From: Acidobacteriota bacterium
Lineage (GTDB): Bacteria; Acidobacteriota; UBA6911; JACQSX01
Direction of reading: 5' to 3'
Assembly: GCA_036507075.1 (NCBI GenBank)
Contig: DASXQR010000032.1
Coordinates: 1-42,067 of the forward strand
Length of the DNA: 42,067 bases
Positions 25,534 through 34,400 of this stretch are shown piece after piece (within the stretch, counting starts at the first letter, position 1; every line of letters begins with the position of its first letter). The notes beneath the pieces are model-generated. The model searched no databases. It saw only the letters and a list, made by a program, of their open reading frames with translations, and was not told where the DNA came from. The translations under genes and the position numbers were made by a program.

Positions 25534-26658
25534 ATGAGAAAGAAACCCATTAGCAGGTACCTGATGTTGGTTCTGGCTGCTCTGCTGCTTTCATCCAGGC
25601 CGGCTCAATCACAGAACAATGCCGGTCAAACAGGGGCTGCCGGATCCCAGAACTCCAAGCCTCCTGGCATCAGCCGCTGGCTTGAGATATCGAGCCTTAC
25701 CATAAATGCCCGCTACCGCTTCATCCAAACCACAGAGGGGATCACTACGACCAGCCACCTGCAGTACAGAGACTCGGTTGTAGGGCGCTTCAAATTCGAT
25801 CAGGAAGGCCGTTACACCCTCAATGCCGGGCTGCATACCGGCAAAACCTTCATCAGTGGCTGGGATGCGAGCGGTTGGGGACGCGGCGGTAACGGCGTCA
25901 CTAATCATTACCTGAAGCAACTGTACTTCTCAGCCAAACCGATGAAAGGTCTGGAGCTGCAATACGGCGGACTTTTTCTGCTCCGCGGTGAGACGACGGA
26001 AATCACCACCTATGACAATGACGCTTACATCGTGGGCCAGCGGATCAGTCTCAAAAAGCCGAAGGATTTCTTCTTTGACGAGATTTCAGTGACATACGCC
26101 TATCTGGGCGATACGACAAGGCCGAACCTCAATAAACGATTTAATCGCCTGCAGAAGTCTAACTATCATCAGTTTCTGCTAAGCAAGAAGATCAGCCCGC
26201 GGGCGACCGTTTCGGGGGATTACACGTTTCAATCGGGAATAGAAACGCTGCGCCAAGCGGTCACCGTCAACGTCCCGGAGTTTCGTCTCATCCACCGACT
26301 GCGCTTTGAGAACTATCAACGCGTCGATGTTCGGCCGGCATACGGATTCATGCTTTACGGCGAGCGGCCGGTCCTTGGCCGCGGCAATATTGGAGGAGGG
26401 TACGCCAGTATTGACCGCAACTACAGCGTCCTGAACGCAGATCGGTTCCAATTGAATTCGGACAAGTTTCAAAAGGGCAATCGCCTGTATCTGACGGGGA
26501 GCTGCAACCTACGTCCATTTCTTACTGTGTCTGCCTTTTGGTTACCCGCTGTGGCCAACAACTACCCCGTGGCGAATCAGCAACACTTCCAGTTGGTCGT
26601 GAGCTACGATCTCAGGAAAGTCTTGGGAAGCTGGGGGCCTTTCAAGTCGCCTAAGTAG
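25534..26658 (+). CDS. Putative outer-membrane beta-barrel/porin
   Basis: Signal peptide; alternating amphipathic strands rich in Tyr/Phe/Arg (INARYRF, LKQLYF, FQLVVSYDL); lies inside the cys operon. Confidence 0.65.
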   Translation: MRKKPISRYLMLVLAALLLSSRPAQSQNNAGQTGAAGSQNSKPPGISRWLEISSLTINARYRFIQTTEGITTTSHLQYRDSVVGRFKFDQEGRYTLNAGLHTGKTFISGWDASGWGRGGNGVTNHYLKQLYFSAKPMKGLELQYGGLFLLRGETTEITTYDNDAYIVGQRISLKKPKDFFFDEISVTYAYLGDTTRPNLNKRFNRLQKSNYHQFLLSKKISPRATVSGDYTFQSGIETLRQAVTVNVPEFRLIHRLRFENYQRVDVRPAYGFMLYGERPVLGRGNIGGGYASIDRNYSVLNADRFQLNSDKFQKGNRLYLTGSCNLRPFLTVSAFWLPAVANNYPVANQQHFQLVVSYDLRKVLGSWGPFKSPK

Positions 26659-26767
26659 CCCGGCAGGAGATGCCGATGCCACGAGGACACGAAGCCACGA
26701 AGGCCAAACAAATGGGTTCTTTAACATTGGACGGACTCCAATCCGCTGTAGTGTTTGGATCGATACC

Positions 26768-26821
26768 GTAGAGACGCGACATGTCGCGTCTGAGCTCTGA
26801 CGCGGCATGCCGCGTCTCTAC
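26768..26821. repeat. GTAG-type REP doublet (REPIN)
   Basis: gtagagacgcgacatgtcgcgtct-gagctct-gacgcggcatgccgcgtctctac: two palindromic REPs in inverted orientation, GTAG at each outer end; nonamer repeats flank it. Confidence 0.85.
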
Positions 26822-26910
26822 GTCCGGAAGAGTCTTGGCGCCTTCGTGGCAGCCGCGAAAGATTTAGTTATCATTATGAGCTGTGTCCAGGTGAGCGTTT
26901 AAATCTTCGC

Positions 26911-28782
26911 ATGTCCATCGTTCTTGAAGAAGTCATAAAGCGGTTCGGCGACCACACGATCGTGGATCGGGTCTCGCTCGAGATCCAGGACAGCGAACTG
27001 TTTGTTCTACTGGGAGCAAGCGGCAGCGGCAAGACCACGATACTGCGCATCATCGCCGGGCTGGTGCAGCCCGACGGGGGAAAAGTTCTGCTGAAGGGAA
27101 GAGATGTAACCTGGCTTGCGCCCCAGCAGCGGGGAACAGGATTTGTGTTTCAGAACTATTCGATCTTTCGTCACATGAATGTGGCGCAGAACATTGAATT
27201 CGGGCTTAAGATCCGAAAAGTTGCGGCGGCCGAGCGGAAGCGAAAAAGCGATCAGTTGCTGGAAATGGTGGGCCTGACCGGCCTGGGAAACCGTTATGCC
27301 AGCCAGCTTTCAGGTGGCCAGCAGCAAAGAGTGGCTCTGGCGCGGGCACTGGCCTACGAACCGGAGGTCCTCCTTCTGGACGAACCGTTCGGAGCGCTGG
27401 ATGTAAAAATCCGGGCGCAGCTCCGGCGCAGCCTCAAAGAGATACAGCGCAGCCTTGGCGTGACGACCATCCTGGTAACACACGATCAGGAGGAAGCGTT
27501 CGAGCTGGCCGACCGCATCGGAGTTCTCGAGCGCGGACAACTGCTCGAAGTCGGAGAGGGCGACAAACTTTACCGCGAGCCGAAGACACTCTCGGTGGCT
27601 GCATTCCTGGGCGCCGGAAATGTTCTGGTGGGAATGGCGCAGCGCGGCCGCGCGCAATTCGGACCGATTTCACTTCCGATACCCGATGACGTGCCTCATG
27701 ACGACGGATCTCAGGTCCAGTTGCTGATCCGCCCCGAGCAGGTGAAGCTGCTGGAGGAGCAGCCTGAGTCGGACACGCCGGTCCTTGGAAAGGCGCGCGT
27801 GATGGAGAAGAGTTTTGCGGGGGCGGCGCAGCGGCTGCGCTTGAAGCTTCCTCATATTCCCGGCGTAAGACAGATCGCGCCTCCGACAGCATTTGGTGAG
27901 GAAGGGCTCATTCTTGAGGCCTCCATTGCAGTCGATGATCCGCTGCCGAACTCCGAACTGTGGGCGGCGCTTCGGGGATGGCATATCCTGGCCCAGCCCA
28001 GACGGCACCTGCTGGTCATCGATAGTGGTTCCGGCACGCCTGTGTCCCTTGAAATCGGAGCTTTTCTTGCCCGGCGCATGGATGCCTCCGCGACGGTGCT
28101 GGCGGTGGGGAAAAGCCCGGAATCTGCGGGACTGCTGGAAGCGGCCCTTAACAGCAGAATGGCCGCGGCAGGTTTGGATGACGCGCGGGCGCAAATCCGA
28201 CACGGAAATGTCGCCGAGCAGGTTTGCAGCGAAGCGGCTGAAGGCGTATATGAGATGTTGATCACAACACCCCAGGTCCAGCGGTTTTCCGATCGCGACG
28301 GGGCGACGGAACATCTCGGAGCCACTCTGGTCAAGATATTGAAGCGTGTGCCGATTCCGGTGCTGGTGGTTAAAGGGAGTACCAGAGAAATATCGCGCAT
28401 TCTGATTTGCACCGCGGTCGGTGAACCGGGAAAGCATGACGTCACGGTGGGAGGAAGGCTTGCCCGCCTGCTTGCCGCCGGTGCGACGCTGTTGTACGTG
28501 TCCCAAAACCCGGATCATCTGGGAAAACTGGTCAGCGCCCATCTGGAAAAGGCGGCCACTACGCTGCGTGAGATGGACGTGCCGGCGGAGGTCAGGATTC
28601 GTCGCGCAGGTTCGCCTCAAGAAGGCATCCTTGAAGAAGCGCGCGCCGGCGATTACGACTTGATCGTGGTGGGTGGGGCCCCGCCGAAATCGCGGCGATT
28701 CTCACGACTGCGAAACATTACCAGCGCCATTCTGGCGGGAGCCGACCGCCCGGTGCTGGTCGTACCCGCGAGCATGTCCTAG
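26911..28782 (+). CDS. cysA: Sulfate ABC ATPase CysA fused to two C-terminal universal stress protein (USP) domains
   Basis: GASGSGKT, FVFQNY, LSGGQQQRVALARALA, LLLDEPFGALD, VTHDQEEA; TOBE-like region; then HLLVID...IPVLVVK and RILICT...YDLIVVG...DRPVLVVP USP folds. Confidence 0.9.
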   Translation: MSIVLEEVIKRFGDHTIVDRVSLEIQDSELFVLLGASGSGKTTILRIIAGLVQPDGGKVLLKGRDVTWLAPQQRGTGFVFQNYSIFRHMNVAQNIEFGLKIRKVAAAERKRKSDQLLEMVGLTGLGNRYASQLSGGQQQRVALARALAYEPEVLLLDEPFGALDVKIRAQLRRSLKEIQRSLGVTTILVTHDQEEAFELADRIGVLERGQLLEVGEGDKLYREPKTLSVAAFLGAGNVLVGMAQRGRAQFGPISLPIPDDVPHDDGSQVQLLIRPEQVKLLEEQPESDTPVLGKARVMEKSFAGAAQRLRLKLPHIPGVRQIAPPTAFGEEGLILEASIAVDDPLPNSELWAALRGWHILAQPRRHLLVIDSGSGTPVSLEIGAFLARRMDASATVLAVGKSPESAGLLEAALNSRMAAAGLDDARAQIRHGNVAEQVCSEAAEGVYEMLITTPQVQRFSDRDGATEHLGATLVKILKRVPIPVLVVKGSTREISRILICTAVGEPGKHDVTVGGRLARLLAAGATLLYVSQNPDHLGKLVSAHLEKAATTLREMDVPAEVRIRRAGSPQEGILEEARAGDYDLIVVGGAPPKSRRFSRLRNITSAILAGADRPVLVVPASMS

Positions 28783-28793
28783 CACCTGAATAA

Positions 28794-29049
28794 CCCGCAA
28801 AGCGGGTGAAAAGAATTGTAGCCGGGGTGCGTAAGCCCCCGGATAGCCGGATTAAGTTATCCGCAAGCCGCGTAGCGGCGCCAGAATTCAGGCCGCCCCA
28901 TGATGATTTACATCGCAAATATGGATCCATTCAAGACGGTATCTGTCCGACTCAAAGCTCTGTCGCCGCGTTGCGGCTTTGTCGTCGTTATCTCGGCTAT
29001 CCGGGGGCTTACGCGCCCCGGCTACAATTCTTCGCGCCCACTTTGCGGG
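28794..29049. mobile_element. ~255-bp palindromic REPIN/MITE-like element
   Basis: Arms 28794-28849 and 28994-29049 are near-perfect inverted repeats (aagaattgtagccgggg.gcgtaagcccccggatagccg); inner IR aagccgcgtagcggcgccaga / tctgtcgccgcgttgcggctt. Confidence 0.85.
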
Positions 29050-29084
29050 CTTCATCGAATCCTTATGGTTCGATAGCGATTTTC

Positions 29085-31034
29085 ATGCGACAGATTCTGA
29101 TTCTATCTTTGAATCTTTTGCTTTACGCATACGGACAATCCCCGCTCCCGCCCAACGTTGTTCTGATAACCGTGGACACCCTGCGTCCGGATCATCTTGG
29201 TTGTTACGGCTACAGTGCGGCCAGGACTTCGGCCATCGACGGCCTGGCTGCCGAAGGCATCCGTTTCAGGACCGTTGTGGCGCAAGTTCCACTTACGCTC
29301 CCTTCCCATTGCACGATTCTGACCGGGACTTATCCGATGCTGCATGGCGTACGCGATAACGCCGGGTATCGCCTGCCATCCTCATTTACCACGCTGGCCG
29401 AGATTTTCCGGTCGCGGCATTACCGCACCGCTGCATTCGTCGGCTCCTATGTGTTGCATTCGAAATTTGGTCTGAACCAGGGGTTTGAATTCTACGATGA
29501 CCAGATTCAGGGAATCGCCTCTCCCGGCGGAATCCGCAATCTGAATCAACTCGAGCGGAGGGCCGGGGAAGTGATGCAACGGGCCGCCGGCTGGATCGAG
29601 AATGCGCGGCCTCCCTTTTTCGTCTGGGTACATCTGTATGATCCGCACGATCCCTATGATCCTCCGGCTCCATTCAACAGGGATTACGCGGGACATCCTT
29701 ACGACGGCGAGATCGCATATGCCGACAGCGAGATTGCGCGTCTGATTGCCGCGCTTCGCAGGCGAAATCTCTACGCCGATACCGTCATGGTCCTGACTTC
29801 AGACCACGGCGAAAGTTTTGGCGAGCACGGCGAGTTCACTCATGGTTATTACATCTATGATTCCACGCTGCTCGTGCCGTTGATCATCAAGCCCGCAGAG
29901 ATGATGAAGGCTCGCGTAATTGATCAACAGGTGCGGACGGTCGACATTGCCCCGACCATCCTTCAAATGCTGGCCTTGCCGAAACATGAGCAGATGCAGG
30001 GCACAGGACTGCTGGGACTGATGCTGGGACAGTCCACAGCTCCCGCCCAGGAAGCTTACAGCGAGACATATTACCCGGCCCAGTTCGGTTGGAGTTCCTT
30101 GAAGTCGCTGCGCAGCCGGGACCTGAAGTACATTGAAGCGCCGCGTCCGGAATTTTTCGATCTTAAGATCGACCCGCGGGAGTCGAGCAATCGGCTGGAA
30201 CAAAACAGCGCGCGCGCCGGTCAGATGAAAGAACGCCTCAAGTCGCTGGAGCGGTCCCTGGCGCCGCGCGGGGGAGCCATCGAGCGTTCACGCTTTGCGA
30301 GCCCTGAGACACTGGAGAAGCTGGCGGCTCTCGGTTACATCGGCGCCCCTTCGCGCGGAAATAGCTCTGCAGGCGTCCGGGCTTTACCTGATCCAAAGGA
30401 TAAGCTCGATGTCTTTCGCGTAATCTCGGAGGCGGGACAGATGGCCGCCAGCGGCCGCTGCGACTCGGCCATTCCACGGTTTTTGAAAATCCTGAGCAAC
30501 GATCCCGATATTACCGCGGTCCGATTTTTGAAAGGCCGTTGTCACTACAACCTGAAGCAATTTGAGGCGGCTCAGGATGACTTCAAAAAGGTGCTTGCTG
30601 CCGACCCCGGCAATCTGCAGGCGCGATTTTATCTGGCTGCTTCGGATTTCAATCTGCGGCGTCTGCAGGAGGCAGAGCGGGGATTTCAGAGGATTCTCGC
30701 AATCGACCGCGATTATGTCTTTGCTCACAAGTATCTCGGATTTATTTATCAGGAACGTGGATGGACTGAGCGAGCCATGGAGGAATTCCGCAAAACCGTC
30801 GAGCTGGATCCGGGTGACGCAGAAGCGCACGCAAAGCTGGGCTACCTGGCGTCGCAGCAGGGTAACTTTACTCAAGCAATCGGGCACTTCCGAAAGGTCA
30901 TCGAGCTGGACGGCCGGGATGCGGCCGCTCATTACAATTTAGGTCTTGCCTATTTGAAGACAGCTCAGTCGCAGCTCGCGCAGGAAGAATTGTCACAGGC
31001 ATGCCGGCTGGACGGGCGCTATTGCCGGCAGTAG
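29085..31034 (+). CDS. Sulfatase-like (alkaline-phosphatase superfamily) hydrolase with C-terminal TPRs
   Basis: NVVLITVDTLRPDH, PLTLPSH..ILTG, HLYDPHDPY, TSDHGE, HG..IYD; TPRs after LAALGYI; ATG 29085 begins a signal peptide. Confidence 0.9.
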   Translation: MRQILILSLNLLLYAYGQSPLPPNVVLITVDTLRPDHLGCYGYSAARTSAIDGLAAEGIRFRTVVAQVPLTLPSHCTILTGTYPMLHGVRDNAGYRLPSSFTTLAEIFRSRHYRTAAFVGSYVLHSKFGLNQGFEFYDDQIQGIASPGGIRNLNQLERRAGEVMQRAAGWIENARPPFFVWVHLYDPHDPYDPPAPFNRDYAGHPYDGEIAYADSEIARLIAALRRRNLYADTVMVLTSDHGESFGEHGEFTHGYYIYDSTLLVPLIIKPAEMMKARVIDQQVRTVDIAPTILQMLALPKHEQMQGTGLLGLMLGQSTAPAQEAYSETYYPAQFGWSSLKSLRSRDLKYIEAPRPEFFDLKIDPRESSNRLEQNSARAGQMKERLKSLERSLAPRGGAIERSRFASPETLEKLAALGYIGAPSRGNSSAGVRALPDPKDKLDVFRVISEAGQMAASGRCDSAIPRFLKILSNDPDITAVRFLKGRCHYNLKQFEAAQDDFKKVLAADPGNLQARFYLAASDFNLRRLQEAERGFQRILAIDRDYVFAHKYLGFIYQERGWTERAMEEFRKTVELDPGDAEAHAKLGYLASQQGNFTQAIGHFRKVIELDGRDAAAHYNLGLAYLKTAQSQLAQEELSQACRLDGRYCRQ

Positions 31035-31109
31035 CTATCCCGCTTCCGGAAAATCTTGCCACGAAGACACGAAGTTTTTGTATTCACCTCGCAGGGAAAA
31101 CTTCTCGAA

Positions 31110-31370
31110 ATGGTTGATAATGTTCCAAGGCATGACCTTGAGCGAGACCGCGCACCCGAAACCCTGCGATGGGAAGTCACACACCGCATGAACGGAACGA
31201 CGCCGGAGCAGTGGTGGACACCGCGGCCGGCGATTGCGGATGTCTCGCCCGAAGAATGGTCCAATGACAGCATCGACGAAGCGGCAAAATCGACCATGCA
31301 CGCACTGCAGAAGCTCGATGCGCAATTTTGGGAGCCGGTGAATCTGGATTCTCAGGAGAACGTGAAATGA
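31110..31370 (+). CDS. Hypothetical protein or gene fragment
   Basis: Trp/acidic-rich open frame co-oriented with neighbours; no recognisable motif; upstream part of the ORF call is a nonamer repeat. Confidence 0.3.
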   Translation: MVDNVPRHDLERDRAPETLRWEVTHRMNGTTPEQWWTPRPAIADVSPEEWSNDSIDEAAKSTMHALQKLDAQFWEPVNLDSQENVK

Positions 31371-31438
31371 CAAAGGGTATCACCCCAAAGACACAGCGCA
31401 GGGAAGCCGCAACCATTAACCATATTTTTCATTGCAGG

Positions 31439-34400
31439 ATGAATCTGGTTAAGCGGGCAGCAGACCGCGAAGCGGTCAAAGAGAATAGCCGGGGGCAAGC
31501 GCGTTTTTTGCGCGCCGCCCCCGGTCGAGCCCCCCAATCAGGAGCGACCCTGAAAGGGTCGAAGAGCGACGGGGTGACGGCGATCTTGAAAACGATTCTG
31601 GCACCCTTTCAGGGTGCGCTGGTTGGGGGAAGCTCACCGGGGGCGGCGCGCAAAAAACGCGCTTGGCCCCGGCTACTCTATTTGACGCTTTCAGCGTCCG
31701 GACCGGCAATTCAATCCCGTAGCTGGTTGGCACTGGGACGGGCTCTCTTTTTTGCCGCCGCGCTCCACGTCGCTTCCTGTTTCGCGCTGGCCGATCTGCA
31801 GGTCTTTGGGTCGTTTGAAGAAGCGTCAGAAGTGCAGGCCGTCCATGCCACAAACGGAGTCCGCATTACATCTTCCAAACGCTTTCCTGCCTGGAAAGGA
31901 GATTCGCTCGAGGTGATTTTCCCCGCGCAGGGCGGCGCCATCGAGTACTCGAAAATTCCAACCGATTGGCGCCGGCAGGAAGCGCTGCTTCTTTTTGTCT
32001 GGAGCGAGCAGCCGGCGCAATTGGAAATTACGCTGCGTGACTTGTCGCGCGCGTCATTCAGCAAAGCGTTCAATCTTCGCCCGGGAGCAAATCACCTGCA
32101 GCTTGCCATGGCCTCCCTGGTCGGAATCAACCGGGCACAAATGACGCAGCTTTCAATTCAATCGCGTGCGGCGGGAACTTTCTACCTGGATTATTTTGCA
32201 CTGGATCGATTTCATCCGATGCTGGAGAAGCGCGGCCGCTGGGACATCAACTACTCGATGGATGTTCCTACTCCCCACGTGCCCTGGGGCCGTCCCTTCG
32301 TCAATGGTCCGATTCATATTTATGCAATCGCCGATGTGGCCGACGGCCGCGGGGTCGTGGAGCTGGCGCAGAGGCTGGAGTCGAATTTCAAGGCAACGAC
32401 CATCGGCCGCAATACTTCCACGAACAAGTGGGGCTTTGGTGATTTTTATGAGCAGCGGAGCGCGGGAGGGGAATTCTGGATTGATGCCTACAGCCTGGCG
32501 TACACCTACATCGCCGACGATCTGATTCATGGTCCGGAATACGATGTGATCCTCTGGCCGGGTCTGCGTCCGTGGGAGAGCTATCCTGCTGAGGTTCGTG
32601 ATGCCGTTCGAAGGAGAGTGGAAAGCGGAACCGGCCTCGTCTTCTTCTACCCATTCAGCCGCGACGGGACCGCGAAGAACGAAAGCCTTTGGAATCCTTC
32701 GCCGCTGACGCGAGCGCAGGAGGTCAAGAGCGCAAGCAGCAACAATCCCTTACTCAATGATCTATCCCGGCTGGACCGCTCAATGTGGCGCCCGGCGGCG
32801 GGCCATTACATCACACGTGGTGTGCCGTTGGCGGCCTTCCCATGGGGTCATATCGGCGTGCCGGCGTCGCGTGCTGTCGGGGAGGTATTGCTCGAGACCT
32901 CCGAGAAGGTTCCAGTTCTCGCGGTGGGAAGCGCCGGCCGCGGTCGAGTGGTCGCTTTCGGATACAGTGAGAAGGGAATGATCCCGGAAATAGAACAGGT
33001 CTTCGAGACGGGATTGCACTATCCGTATCAGGAGTATCTCTGGTCGCTGGTAGCACGGGCGGTTACCTGGGCGGCTCGAAAGGAACCGGAACGCGGAATC
33101 GAGAAAATCAGTTTCCTGCAGGACCGCGTCGAAATCTCGCTCAATGGCCCAGTCCCGAACGCGCGCGCCTTGGTCTTAGTTCACAACAGCTTCGGAGAGT
33201 TGGAAGCCGAGATTTCTTCCCGCATATCCCTTTCTTCAAACAACGCGACGAGCCGTTTTCCACACTCGCTGCCGCCAGGACGACATTTTGCCGACGTGCG
33301 AGTGATCAGCGGCGACAAGGCTTTCGACTGGGCAGCGCAAGTCCTGGATGTCCCTTCGCGGCTGAAAATAGAAGTTCTCAAACTGGCGCGTGACCGGGTG
33401 GCTGCGGGAGAGGACGTCTTGGTAAACCTGCGGTTGTCTTCCAGCGAAAAAATCGAATGCCTCGCGAAGGTCCGGGTGCTGGACAATTTCGACCGGCTGC
33501 TGGATGAACAGCGTTTGCAGATCACTTTCGCCGGAGAAACAGAAAAATCAGTGACTTTGAAATCAGCCGGCTGCCTCTCTCATCTGGCACGGATTGAATG
33601 TGAAGTCTTTGCCGCAGGTGTCCGCCAGGACCGCCGTGTGGCAGAAGTGTTCATTCTTCAGCCTCGCAAATGGGATGACTACGACATCGTGATGTACCGG
33701 TTCGGGCCTGATCCAATTCCGGGGATCTGGCCCACAATCGATGCTCAGCTCCAGCGCCTCAACGTCACGACGCTGTCGTCCTACTCGCTGCAGCACAGCA
33801 AACATGCCAACTACAACGTGCAGGCGCAGACCCGTATCAGCGGCCAGGAATCTCCCGACGGGGCGGCGCGCGCCTACTATACTGCGATGAAAAAGAAATA
33901 TCTGGAGACCGGCGACAAGAATGTGCTGGTGCGGGAGTACTGTCTGGATGATCCGGCCTATCGCGCCCGCATTCGGGAGGAACTGACTCGACTGACCGCT
34001 CCCTGGGTGCCATTTTCTCCGCTGTCTTATTACGTTTTAGAGGAACCTTCGCTGACCTGTTACGGGGATGCCGTGGATATCTGTTTTTCGCCGTTCACCC
34101 TTGCGGCGATGCGACGGTGGCTGCAGAACAGCTACGGAAGCCTGGAAGCGCTGAATCAGCAGTGGAGCACGGATTTCCACCGCTGGGAAGATGTAACGCC
34201 CGACGATTCCCCCGCGGCGCAGAAGCGCGGCAATTACGCCTCCTGGGCGGATCATCGCACGTACATGGAAACGGTTTACGCCGGCACTTTCGAGTATGTC
34301 CTCCATGAACTTCAAAGGATCGACCCCGGCGGGATACTGCTCAATTCGGGTACGCAGATTTCAGGTTCGCACAACGGCTGCGATTACAGCCGGGTTGATT

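Noticed and set aside
28806..29084. N-terminal extension of the sulfatase-like ORF
   Set aside because: It is a translation of the palindromic element; a signal peptide starts at ATG 29085.
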